From contig CAIYCT010000378.1 of assembly GCA_903924765.1 (NCBI GenBank), positions 2,348 to 66,347 of the forward strand: a DNA stretch of 64,000 nt, given 5' to 3'. Source of the DNA: an uncultured Rhodospirillaceae bacterium (GTDB lineage Bacteria > Pseudomonadota > Alphaproteobacteria > Rhodospirillales > Magnetospirillaceae). The translations under genes were made by a program, and so were the position numbers. Numbering within the stretch: the first letter of the stretch is position 1; each line of letters begins with the position of its first letter. This document shows, one piece after another, positions 20,001 through 28,228 of this stretch. The notes under the pieces are model-generated. The model worked only from the letters and a program-made list of their open reading frames with translations. It was not told the origin of the DNA and searched no databases.

Positions 20001-20583
20001 GGCCGGAGGGTCGTTGTATCTGCGTCGATTATTATCGCAATCCCCACTGCCCGAAGCATCAAACCAACCGACAGAACCCGCGCAGCTGTGGTTCAGTTGG
20101 CTGGCGAAAAACGGTCGTGAAGACGCCGCCCGGCGCTGCGCCGACATGGCCGCCCGTTCGCGGGTTGGCCTGTGGCGGGACTTGCCCGGCCCGGTGGGGG
20201 AACGCAACGCCTACGCCCAAGTGCCGCGCGGAATCGTGCTGTGCCTCGCCGATACCGAAGCGGAACTGTACGCCCAGATCGGCGCGGCTTTGGCCACCGG
20301 CAACCGCGCCTTGATAACAACCGCGCTCTCGTTTGCCTTGCCCGCGCCGCTTGTGGAGCGGATATCCGTCACCGCCCAGTGGACCAATGAGGCGTTCGAT
20401 TCGGTGCTGTTTTCTGGCCCGCCAGATAAGTTGCTGAATGTGCTGCGCCTAGTGGCGGAGCGGCCCGGTCCCATCGTCGGCGTGCATACCGAATATGCGC
20501 TGGATTGCCTGATGGTCGAACGCAGCGTCAGCGACAATATCGCCGCCTCAGGCGGCAATCCGTCGCTGATGACCCTTGGTTAA
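17068..20583 (+). CDS. putA: bifunctional proline dehydrogenase / L-glutamate-gamma-semialdehyde dehydrogenase
   Basis: 1171 aa. PRODH barrel (YSYDMLGEA, LVKGAYW), ALDH domain (SPWNFPLAI, FTGSTE, ETGG) and a GGAGA RBS 7 nt upstream. No N-terminal ribbon-helix-helix domain is evident. Confidence 0.95.
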   Translation: MEKPFHRLEQILQPQSELRAKITRATRIPETDCILPLIEVARQTAVQAQMTEKLALALVEALRRKQGHLGMVDGLIHEFSLSSHEGVALMCLAEALLRIPDDATRDALIRDKISAGDWRSHLGHSPSLFVNAAAWGLLITGRLVSATSEITLSASLTRLIGKGGEPLIRKGVDMSMRMMGEHFVAGQTIADALAHAKHWEAKGFRYSYDMLGEAACTAQDATHYFQAYQTAIHAIGEAAAKRGIYDGPGISIKLSALHPRYCRAQRERVMIELLPKALDLAILARQYDIGLTIDAEESDRLDLSLDILEALSLHPSMEGWNGLGAAVQAYQKRAPFVLDFLIDLARRSRRRLMIRLVKGAYWDSEIKRAQIDGLEDFPVFTRKIHTDLSYLACAHKLLQAPDAAFPQFATHNAQTLAAIHTMAGENFYGGQYEFQCLHGMGEPLYDEVVGPGKLNRPCRIYAPVGPHRTLLAYLVRRLLENGANTSFVNRITDLGVPVDALVADPVESAAALTPVGSPHPLIALPKNLFGAERPNSVGIDLSNEQSLAVMSADLAACGPLADNPGSATPHQIETAIAQATRSGWAATPPTDRAAWLIRAADMLQARRADLIGLLVREAGKTLPNAIGEVREAEDFLRYYAAQISEFHTDSHIPLGPVACISPWNFPLAIFIGQVSAALAAGNAVLAKPAEECPRIATLAVDILYEAGVPADALHLLQGSGEVGARLVSDPGICGVMFTGSTEAAKHIQSNLSQRLSPDSRPIPLIAETGGVNVMIVDSSARPEQVVSDVITSTFDSAGQRCSALRALCLQQDCADAILSLLIGAMEELTMGEPDDPATDVGPVISDQAKRGLLDYIDSMRAQGHTIHQLALPVPCRDGAFVPPTVIEIDHLGQLQGEVFGPVLHVLRFAHHQMDRLIDEINGLGYGLTCGIQTRIDETIARVTQSVAAGNIYVNRTMIGAVVGVQPFGGQGLSGTGPKAGGSLYLRRLLSQSPLPEASNQPTEPAQLWFSWLAKNGREDAARRCADMAARSRVGLWRDLPGPVGERNAYAQVPRGIVLCLADTEAELYAQIGAALATGNRALITTALSFALPAPLVERISVTAQWTNEAFDSVLFSGPPDKLLNVLRLVAERPGPIVGVHTEYALDCLMVERSVSDNIAASGGNPSLMTLG

Positions 20584-20612
20584 GACTTGACGAGTGTGCG
20601 GCCAAAGTCTTA
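20581..20612 (+). other. intercistronic inverted repeat between putA and rocD
   Basis: TAAGACTT-16 nt-AAGTCTTA. The left arm begins at the putA stop codon. Confidence 0.3.
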
Positions 20613-20638
20613 CGACCATGGAAACACATGAAGGAATT

Positions 20639-21856
20639 ATGATGAAACGGACGTCGGCCCGCGAGCTTATTCAAATCGAACACACCTTGGGCGCTCACAA
20701 TTACAAGCCTTTGGATGTAGTGCTGACGCGCGGCGAACGGGTTTGGGTGTGGGACGTGGACGGCAACCGCTATTTGGATTGTCTGTCGGCCTATTCCGCC
20801 GTCAATCAGGGCCATTGCCATCCCCGCATCATGGCCGCCCTGATCGAGCAGGCGCAGAAGCTGACCCTGACCTCGCGCGCTTTCCGCAATGACCAATTGG
20901 GTCTGTTCTACGAGGAACTGGCGGCGCTGACCAATTCGCACAAGATACTGCCCATGAATAGCGGCGCCGAGGCGGTGGAATCCGCCATCAAGTCGGTGCG
21001 CAAATGGGGCTACGAGGTCAAGGGCGTGCCCGCCAACAAGGCCGAGATCATCGTCTGTTCCGACAATTTCCACGGCCGCACCTTAAGCATCATTAGCTTC
21101 AGCACCGACCCGGACGCCAAAACCAATTTCGGTCCCTTCACGCCGGGCTTCAAGATCATCACGTTCGGCGACGCGGACGCACTGGAAAAAGCCATCACCC
21201 CCAACACCGTGGCGTTTATGGTCGAACCCATCCAGGGCGAAGCGGGCGTGATCATTCCTCCGCCCGGTTATTTCCGCCGGGTGCGCGACCTCTGCACCAG
21301 CCGCCAAGTCACGCTGATCCTGGACGAAATTCAAACCGGCTTGGGCCGCACCGGCGCATTGCTGGCCGAACAGCACGAAGGCATCGAGGCCGACGTCACC
21401 TTGATCGGCAAGGCCTTGTCGGGCGGCTTCTATCCGGTGTCGGCGGTGCTGTCCAATTCGGACGTATTGGGCGTACTGAAACCTGGACAGCACGGCAGCA
21501 CCTTCGGCGGCAACCCCTTGGCCTGCGCCGTGTCGCGCATGGCATTGAAGGTTTTGGTGGAAGAGAACATGATCGAGAACTCGGCCACGCTGGGCGCTTA
21601 TTTCATGGAACAGCTGAAAGGCATCCGCAGCACTTTGGTGGCCGACGTGCGCGGACGCGGTCTGATGCTGGCGGTTCAGCTTCACCCGGAAGCGGGCGGC
21701 GCGCGCAAATACTGCGAAGCCCTGCAAGCCCGTGGCCTGCTGGCCAAAGACACCCACAGCCACACCATTCGCTTGGCCCCGCCCCTGGTCATCACCAAGG
21801 ACGAAATCGACTGGGCATTGGACCAAATCGCGCCGGTGTTGTCGGGGAACGTGTGA
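20639..21856 (+). CDS. rocD: ornithine--oxo-acid aminotransferase
   Basis: [28 protein letters not shown], class-III aminotransferase core and [22 protein letters not shown] before the ATGATG at 20639. Confidence 0.9.
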   Translation: MMKRTSARELIQIEHTLGAHNYKPLDVVLTRGERVWVWDVDGNRYLDCLSAYSAVNQGHCHPRIMAALIEQAQKLTLTSRAFRNDQLGLFYEELAALTNSHKILPMNSGAEAVESAIKSVRKWGYEVKGVPANKAEIIVCSDNFHGRTLSIISFSTDPDAKTNFGPFTPGFKIITFGDADALEKAITPNTVAFMVEPIQGEAGVIIPPPGYFRRVRDLCTSRQVTLILDEIQTGLGRTGALLAEQHEGIEADVTLIGKALSGGFYPVSAVLSNSDVLGVLKPGQHGSTFGGNPLACAVSRMALKVLVEENMIENSATLGAYFMEQLKGIRSTLVADVRGRGLMLAVQLHPEAGGARKYCEALQARGLLAKDTHSHTIRLAPPLVITKDEIDWALDQIAPVLSGNV

Positions 21857-21880
21857 AGGCGATCCAATCCACCTTCACAC
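21851..21880. terminator. hairpin between convergent rocD and the SDR gene (no U-tract)
   Basis: GTGTGAAGG-12 nt-CCTTCACAC. The rocD stop codon lies inside the left arm. Confidence 0.35.
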
Positions 21881-21889
21881 GCTTAAGGC

Positions 21890-22771
21890 TTAGAATCGCA
21901 TTTGTTCGAGATCGGCGATCAATCCCGGCCCGGTCGGGTGCCACCCCAGTTTTTTCTGGGTTAGGGCGCTTGAAGCCAGAAGGTCGTGATTAATGAACAT
22001 GGCTAGCCATCCAAAATGGGTTTGAGCCTCATCCCGCGATAGAGATTTCACCGGCACTTTCAACCCTTGACCGATGGCCTCCGCGATGTCCCGCATCGAC
22101 ACGCCTTCTTCGGCCACCGCATGGTATATTGCGCCCGCCTCATGCTTTTCCAGGGCCAGCCTGTAAAGACGCGCCACATCCAGGACATGTGCCGCAGCCC
22201 AGCGGTTGCGGCCCTCATCCACATAGGCGGACACGCCTTTCTCCCGCGCCAGCGTGATTGCATAAGTGACAAGTCCTTGCTTGAGGGTGTCATGCACCTG
22301 AGGCAAACGAACGACCGCAGCGCTTACGCCTTTGGGCGCCATAGCAAAAGCCGTTTGTTCTGAAACACGCGGAAACGGAAAATCAGGCGGCACGACAAAG
22401 TCTTCGGTCGCAGGTTGGCCCGGCGCACCCAATCCCGCTGTCCCTGATGAAACAATAAGAGGCCGGTCAGAACCTGCGAGCACGGAACCAAGGGCTTCGA
22501 TGGCTTGTTTATCGATTTCGCAGTTCTCTAGGAATTTCGAAAAGTCATGAATGAAAGCCGTATGAATAACGGCGTCAGAATCGGCGGCACCGCTGCGCAG
22601 GCTATCAAGGTCTTCAAGGGAGCCGCGATGGACGATGCCTCCGGCGGCCAAGAGCGATTGGGATGCAGCCTCCGAACGAACAAGTCCGAGTACCTGATGT
22701 CCTGCAGCGATTAATTCCTTGACGATGGCAGCGCCTATAAATCCGGTCGCGCCGGTGACAAAAACGCGCAT
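21890..22771 (-). CDS. NAD(P)-binding SDR-superfamily protein (atypical SDR / NmrA- or epimerase-like)
   Basis: Rossmann N-terminus MRVFVTGATGFIGAAIVKEL; 293 aa. Confidence 0.8.
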   Translation of the reverse strand: MRVFVTGATGFIGAAIVKELIAAGHQVLGLVRSEAASQSLLAAGGIVHRGSLEDLDSLRSGAADSDAVIHTAFIHDFSKFLENCEIDKQAIEALGSVLAGSDRPLIVSSGTAGLGAPGQPATEDFVVPPDFPFPRVSEQTAFAMAPKGVSAAVVRLPQVHDTLKQGLVTYAITLAREKGVSAYVDEGRNRWAAAHVLDVARLYRLALEKHEAGAIYHAVAEEGVSMRDIAEAIGQGLKVPVKSLSRDEAQTHFGWLAMFINHDLLASSALTQKKLGWHPTGPGLIADLEQMRF

Positions 22772-22843
22772 GAAGAATTCTCCAGTTGCAATTGAACGTG
22801 AAGGTATTCACGGTCCCGTGCTATATTAGGGTAAAGTAGTGAT

Positions 22844-22859
22844 ATTATACGGGTATAAT
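22844..22859. promoter_or_regulatory. 16-bp palindrome in the divergent SDR / XRE-regulator promoter region (candidate operator)
   Basis: ATTATAC-gg-GTATAAT, 18 nt upstream of the regulator ATG. Confidence 0.4.
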
Positions 22860-22876
22860 AGGTAACAGGATAATCA

Positions 22877-23713
22877 ATGTCAGAGAGCAAAGACAATCCG
22901 CTTGGGGTCTATTTGAAAGACCGCCGTGAGAAACTTGATCCCGTCGCGCTCGGTTTCCCCACGACCCGTCGCCGCACCCCCGGATTGCGGCGCGAGGAAG
23001 TCGCGGGGCGTGCCAATGTCAGCGCCACATGGTACACATGGCTGGAACAGGGGCGCGGAGGTTCGCCCTCCGCCGATGTGCTTGATCGCATTGCCCGAGC
23101 CCTGATGCTGACAGAAATCGAGCGCGAACATATCTACCTGCTCGCTTTGGGACGGCCACCCGAGGTTCGCTATCATGCGTTTGACGGCATCACGCCCCGT
23201 TTGCAACATGTTCTGGACGCGCTGGAATTCAGCCCCGCCTTTATAAAAACACCCACATGGGATGTGGTCGCCTGGAACAGCGCCGCCTCGGTGGTGTTCA
23301 CCGATTATGACTCTCTTCCCCCCGAGCGGCGCAATATCTTGCGCCTTTTCTTCGGCGATCCAAGCATAAGAGCCAAGCAGACCGATTGGACAAGCGTCGC
23401 GCGATTCGTCGTCGCGGCATTCCGGGTCGATATGGCGCGGGCCGGCTCCCCCGAGCATATGAAAGAATTGGTCGAAGAACTTTGCCGATTAAGCCCTGAA
23501 TTCGCGACACTATGGTGCGACAACGACGTTCGCTCCCATGGCGAGGGCACCAAAACAATCCATCACCCCATCGCGGGCACGCTGGCATTTGAGTATTCGA
23601 CCTTCGCTGTTGATGGCCGCCCTGACCTGAGTTTGGTGATTTATAATCCGGCGACACCGGAAGATATAAATCGCATTCGGCGGTTGCTTAAGCCCTTAAA
23701 CCAAGCCAAATGA
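22877..23713 (+). CDS. XRE-family HTH transcriptional regulator with MmyB-like C-terminal domain
   Basis: N-terminal LGVYLKDRREKL...GLRREEVAGRANVSATWYTWLEQGR. The C-terminal part resembles the MmyB-like ligand domain. Divergent from an SDR gene, as is common for this family. Confidence 0.75.
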   Translation: MSESKDNPLGVYLKDRREKLDPVALGFPTTRRRTPGLRREEVAGRANVSATWYTWLEQGRGGSPSADVLDRIARALMLTEIEREHIYLLALGRPPEVRYHAFDGITPRLQHVLDALEFSPAFIKTPTWDVVAWNSAASVVFTDYDSLPPERRNILRLFFGDPSIRAKQTDWTSVARFVVAAFRVDMARAGSPEHMKELVEELCRLSPEFATLWCDNDVRSHGEGTKTIHHPIAGTLAFEYSTFAVDGRPDLSLVIYNPATPEDINRIRRLLKPLNQAK

Positions 23714-23732
23714 TTTTTGCCAACCGTATAAT

Positions 23733-23762
23733 CGTCACGCTCCGAGTTAACAGAGCGTGACG
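23733..23762. other. perfect 10-bp-stem hairpin between convergent regulator and SDR genes
   Basis: CGTCACGCTC-10 nt-GAGCGTGACG followed by A7 on the + strand. On the - strand the T7 run precedes the stem, so this is not a canonical terminator in either direction. Confidence 0.3.
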
Positions 23763-23787
23763 AAAAAAATTACCGTCGACTGCGTCC

Positions 23788-24543
23788 TCACAGATGAACA
23801 CCGCCCGAGGCTTCGATCCGCTGTCCATTGATCCAACCGCTTTCATCCGCAAGCAAAGCCGCCACCGCGCCACCGATATCATCAGCCTGTCCGACACGGC
23901 CTAACGCCGTTCCTTTGGCGATCATGTCCTGCAACTGCGGATTGTTGCGGACACGTCCACCGCCAAAATCAGTTTCTATGGCACCGGGAGCAAGGGTGTT
24001 CACCGCGATCCGTCGCGGACCAAGCTCGGCTGCAAGATAGCGGGTGAAGACTTCGATCCCGCCTTTGACCATGGCATAGGCTGCATAACCAGGATAACTG
24101 AAGCGCGTCAAACCCGACGAGATGTTGACGATACGTCCACCGTCCTTGATAAGCGGCAACAGGCTTTGCGTTAGAAAGAACGGGGCTTTAAGGTGCGTGT
24201 TGACCATTTCGTCGAAAACTTCCGATGGCGTTTCGGCAATCATCAAATGTTCCATGCCCATACCGGCGTTATTCACCAGATAGTCAAAATCGCTGCGCCC
24301 CCACTGTGAGGACAGTGTGGATTTTACCTTGGTCGCAAAAGCTTCGAAGGTTTGATGTTTTGTTGCATCGAGCTTAAAGGCGACCGCCTTGCGCCCCTTG
24401 GCCTCGATCTCGACAACCACTCTGTCAGCAGACTCCTTGTCGGTATTATAGGTAATGATCGAGTCCACGCCTCGCTTGGCGAGATGTTCCGCCATGCTTT
24501 TACCAAGGCCCCGGCTGCCGCCGGTAATCAATGCGATGCTCAT
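23788..24543 (-). CDS. classical short-chain dehydrogenase/reductase
   Basis: ITGGSRGLGKS cofactor motif, NNAG, S...YAMVK catalytic motif; 251 aa. Confidence 0.9.
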   Translation of the reverse strand: MSIALITGGSRGLGKSMAEHLAKRGVDSIITYNTDKESADRVVVEIEAKGRKAVAFKLDATKHQTFEAFATKVKSTLSSQWGRSDFDYLVNNAGMGMEHLMIAETPSEVFDEMVNTHLKAPFFLTQSLLPLIKDGGRIVNISSGLTRFSYPGYAAYAMVKGGIEVFTRYLAAELGPRRIAVNTLAPGAIETDFGGGRVRNNPQLQDMIAKGTALGRVGQADDIGGAVAALLADESGWINGQRIEASGGVHL

Positions 24544-24597
24544 GATGTTTTCCCTTCACCGAGTTTGAATTGCGTGAAAGGAATTTAGAGCCTACAA

Positions 24598-24647
24598 TCT
24601 CTTTTAGATAGTAGGCACCTGAAAGTTTTATACTTACCTAAAAGAGA
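24598..24647 (+). promoter_or_regulatory. inverted repeat spanning the 5' leader of the HxlR-family gene
   Basis: TCTCTTTTAG-30 nt-CTAAAAGAGA (10-bp arms). The right arm ends 5 nt before ATG 24653 and covers the purine-rich putative SD. Confidence 0.35.
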
Positions 24648-24652
24648 GCGCT

Positions 24653-25096
24653 ATGGCCGTACGCTTTAAACCGCCCACGCAAGAACAGATCGTCAAGAGC
24701 AAGGCTATCTATGACCGCCAGCAGAGAAGCGACGAGGTTGTTGATGAGCGCGTGGAAAAATTGGTTGAGGAGTTGATCGGTCGCGTTGCCGATAAATGGA
24801 CGATGATTATTCTTGAGCTGTTGTCGGATAAGACCCCCCTCCGTTTTACCCAGATTTCAAAAGCAATTGGCACCATCAGCCAAAAAATGCTGACCCAAAC
24901 CTTGCGGCAGATGGAGCGTGACGGTTTGCTCACGCGCAAGGTCTACCCTGTCGTGCCGCCGAAAGTCGAATATCGGATTACCGATTTGGGCCTGACCCTT
25001 AGCGCCGCTTTCTGCAGTGTGTGGGTGTGGGCGGCAGACAACCTTAAAGAAGTAGAATCAGCGCGGCTGAAATTCGATCAGACAACAGAAGGTTAG
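24653..25096 (+). CDS. HxlR-family winged-helix transcriptional regulator
   Basis: GDKWTMIILELL...RFTQISKAIGTISQKMLTQTLRQMERDGLLTRKVYPVVPPKVEYRITDLG is the canonical HxlR domain. Confidence 0.85.
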   Translation: MAVRFKPPTQEQIVKSKAIYDRQQRSDEVVDERVEKLVEELIGRVADKWTMIILELLSDKTPLRFTQISKAIGTISQKMLTQTLRQMERDGLLTRKVYPVVPPKVEYRITDLGLTLSAAFCSVWVWAADNLKEVESARLKFDQTTEG

Positions 25097-25121
25097 TCAT
25101 GCACAAGGAAAAGACATACCC

Positions 25122-26321
25122 ATGGACCGTTTCAAACAGTTGGTAAAATTTCTTGGGGTTTTTGCACTCATTCTGGCGGCGTCCCATTTCTATATGTTTG
25201 AGCGCATCAGCTCCTATCTACAGCTTTCCCCACGGCCGCGCATGATGGTTGCCTTTGTACTGACCCTCCTTCCTGGCCTTACGCTTGTTTCGCTTCCCCT
25301 AAGACGAATATTGCCGCGCCCTGCGGCCTCTGCGCTGACGTGGATCGTCTATCCCTGGATGGGGATCGCCTTAATAATGTTCGTGACGCTCGTGGCCACC
25401 GATCTTGTGTGGCTTGTTTTGCAATTTGCATCCCCAAATCCGCCAACTGAAGTCCATCTGCCCTATGATCTTGGCGTCGCCGCGTTAAGCGTAGCCGGGT
25501 TATTATGTGGGGTCGCTCTTTGGAAGGGGCTGGCATCCGTCGCGGTTAAAGAGATGGCGGTGACGTTAACGCGACTGCCCGCCTCTTTCGACGGTTTGCG
25601 GATCGTACAGATTACCGACCTTCATATCGGTCCAATGATTGACGGCAAATGGCTGCGGAAGGTCGTCGATACGATCAACGCGCTGGCTCCCGACATGATC
25701 GTTATCACCGGAGACCTTGTTGATGGCACGGTTGAGGAATTGCACCATCACGTTGCCCCCCTTGCCAATTTGCGCTCGCGCCATGGGACCTATTTCATCA
25801 CGGGCAACCATGAATATTATTCGGGCGTTGACGCTTGGTGTGCCCATGCCGTCCAGTTGGGCATAAAGGTTCTCCGCAACGAACGGGTATCCATTGTTTC
25901 CGGGGCAACGGAAGACAGTTTTGATCTGGCGGGCATCGATGATTTGGGAGGTCGCCATTTTCCTGGGGATGGTCCTGACTTACCCAAAGCCTTGGCGGGT
26001 CGAGACCTTAGCAAGGCGCTTATCCTCCTCGCCCATCAACCCGCCGCTATTCATGAGGCGGCGACGCATGGCGTTGACCTTCAGCTTTCGGGCCATACCC
26101 ATGCCGGACAAATCTGGCCTTTCAATTACCTTGTTCCGCTTCAGCAACCCTATTCCAAAGGGCTTCACCGCCACCCCGATACTCAAACACAAATCTATGT
26201 GAGTTCAGGCACCGGATTCTGGGGACCGCCTATGCGTTTGGGAACTTCCGCCGAAATAACGCATATTACCTTGCTGTCTGGGGCCGATTACACGAGCGCC
26301 GAACAGCTTCAACCCGCTTAA
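25122..26321 (+). CDS. membrane-anchored metallophosphoesterase (YkuE/YaeI-like)
   Basis: Four N-terminal TM segments, then DLHIG, GDLVDG, GNHEY and GHTHAGQ metallophosphatase motifs. Confidence 0.85.
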   Translation: MDRFKQLVKFLGVFALILAASHFYMFERISSYLQLSPRPRMMVAFVLTLLPGLTLVSLPLRRILPRPAASALTWIVYPWMGIALIMFVTLVATDLVWLVLQFASPNPPTEVHLPYDLGVAALSVAGLLCGVALWKGLASVAVKEMAVTLTRLPASFDGLRIVQITDLHIGPMIDGKWLRKVVDTINALAPDMIVITGDLVDGTVEELHHHVAPLANLRSRHGTYFITGNHEYYSGVDAWCAHAVQLGIKVLRNERVSIVSGATEDSFDLAGIDDLGGRHFPGDGPDLPKALAGRDLSKALILLAHQPAAIHEAATHGVDLQLSGHTHAGQIWPFNYLVPLQQPYSKGLHRHPDTQTQIYVSSGTGFWGPPMRLGTSAEITHITLLSGADYTSAEQLQPA

Positions 26322-27202
26322 GGTTTCCCGTTCCCCGTCATCCCCGGCCCGTTGGTCAGATCGCGCAAGAACGCCGCATTGGGCGACAGCACCAAAGTGG
26401 GGCCCGAGTCCGCCAAGGCTTGGCGATAGGTTTGCAGCGAGCGGTAGAACTTGTAAAACTGCGGGTCCTTGCCAAAGGCTTCGGCGAAGATTAGAGCGGC
26501 TTCGGAATCGCCTTCGGCGCGAGTGATCTTGCTGTTGCGCTGGGCCTCGGACAAAAGCACCGTGCGTTCGCGGTCGGCTTTGGCCTGGATCTGCTGCGCC
26601 CATTCGAAGCCTTGCGCCCGCAATTCCTTGGCCTCGCGGTCGCGTTCGGACTTCATGCGGTCATAGATGGCTTGACTGGTTTCGAACGGCAAATCGGCGC
26701 GGTGAATGCGGACTTCGATCACGTCGATGCCCATGGGCTTGGCTTTTTCGGCCACCTCGGTCTGTATGTTGTCGACGATGCGGGTGCGGTCTTCGGACAG
26801 CATGGCGCGCATGGGCACGCGGCCCAATTCGCGCCGCACCGACGAACTGACCAATTGGGTCAGCTGGGCGCGGGCTTGTTCCAAGGTGCGCACCGTCTGA
26901 TAGAATTTCAGCGAATCGACAATGCGATAGCAAGTATAGGTATCCACCTCGATGCGCTTTTGATCGCCTAGAATGATCTGATCCACCGGCGGAAACAGAG
27001 GCAACAGGCGAGCGTCGTAAAAAATCAGCGTGTCGATCAGCGGCATCTTCACTTTAAGGCCAGGCGGACCGGCGTCGCCGATGGGCTTGCCTAGACGCAC
27101 CACCAGGGCTTGTTGGGTTTCATCGACGGTATAGAGCGAAGCCGAGGCCAACCACAGCAAGGCGGCGAAGACGGCCAGAATGATCAGATGCGGCGTTTTC
27201 AT
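26318..27202 (-). CDS. hflC: FtsH protease modulator HflC (SPFH family)
   Basis: 294 aa. N-terminal TM segment plus an SPFH/band-7 domain. Start overlaps the hflK stop (ATGA). Confidence 0.9.
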   Translation of the reverse strand: MKTPHLIILAVFAALLWLASASLYTVDETQQALVVRLGKPIGDAGPPGLKVKMPLIDTLIFYDARLLPLFPPVDQIILGDQKRIEVDTYTCYRIVDSLKFYQTVRTLEQARAQLTQLVSSSVRRELGRVPMRAMLSEDRTRIVDNIQTEVAEKAKPMGIDVIEVRIHRADLPFETSQAIYDRMKSERDREAKELRAQGFEWAQQIQAKADRERTVLLSEAQRNSKITRAEGDSEAALIFAEAFGKDPQFYKFYRSLQTYRQALADSGPTLVLSPNAAFLRDLTNGPGMTGNGKP

Positions 27203-28203
27203 TTACCGGCCCCCTGCACTGCGCCTTGCTTGGTTTCCGAAAGCGGCATATAGGGCACTACGCCGTTGACCCCCTTGCCCGACGAATCGATGATCACCTT
27301 GGCGGCTTTCTTCAGCAGCAGATCGGTGCTTTCCAGATACAGCCGCCAAGCGGTCACGTCCTTGGCTTGACGGTAAGTGTCGTAGACGGCCAAAAAGCTT
27401 TTGGCGTCGCCTTGGGCTTGATCCACCACCTGGGTTTTGTAGGCTTCGGATTCCTGTTTGATGTGTTCGGCCTCGCCACGAGCGCGGGGCAGGATGTCGT
27501 TGCTATAGGCCTCGGCTTCATTGCGGGCGCGTTCCTGGTCGGCGCGGGCGCGCTGCACGTCGTTGAAGGCGTCGATCACCGCCGTGGGCGGATCGACCCG
27601 CTGCAGCTGAACCTGAGTGATCTGGATGCCGGAATGTTCATAATCCAGCAGTTCCTGCAACTGGTCTTTGACCTGGTCGGCGATCTGCTGGCGCTTGTCC
27701 GACAACGCCGCTTGAATGGGATTGCGCGAAATCACCTTGCGCAGCGCGCTTTCGGCGGCAACCTTCAGCATGGCGGGCGGATCAAAGGCCTTGAACAGAA
27801 AATCCTTGGCATCCTTGATCTGCCAGAACACCACGCAATCGGCCTCGACGATGTTCTCGTCGCCGGTCAACATCTGGTTACGATTGACCATGCGCGCGCC
27901 GGGAGCAACATCGGCGGCGTCGGATTTGCCCAATTGCAGTTGGTTGATGGTCGTCACCTTGGGAAATATCACCGTCTCGATGGGGGCTGGCCAATGATAA
28001 TGCAAACCGGATTCGGTAGTCTCGACCCATTTGCCGAACTGCAACACCACGCCGCGTTCGTCGGGCTGAACCTTGTAGACTCCGCTGGCCAGCCAAAGGA
28101 AAAAAACCGTCCCGCCCAGCAGCAGCAGACCTTTGCGGTTAAGTCCCAATCCGTGGCCCAATCGTCCCAGCGCTTTGTCGATGCGAACCAGAACCGGCAT
28201 CAT
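27199..28203 (-). CDS. hflK: FtsH protease modulator HflK (SPFH family)
   Basis: 334 aa. TM segment, then VQPDERGVVLQFGK and an SPFH domain with a coiled C-terminal part. Confidence 0.9.
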   Translation of the reverse strand: MMPVLVRIDKALGRLGHGLGLNRKGLLLLGGTVFFLWLASGVYKVQPDERGVVLQFGKWVETTESGLHYHWPAPIETVIFPKVTTINQLQLGKSDAADVAPGARMVNRNQMLTGDENIVEADCVVFWQIKDAKDFLFKAFDPPAMLKVAAESALRKVISRNPIQAALSDKRQQIADQVKDQLQELLDYEHSGIQITQVQLQRVDPPTAVIDAFNDVQRARADQERARNEAEAYSNDILPRARGEAEHIKQESEAYKTQVVDQAQGDAKSFLAVYDTYRQAKDVTAWRLYLESTDLLLKKAAKVIIDSSGKGVNGVVPYMPLSETKQGAVQGAGK

Positions 28204-28228
28204 TCCCCCTCTTTCAAAAAGATCGTCG

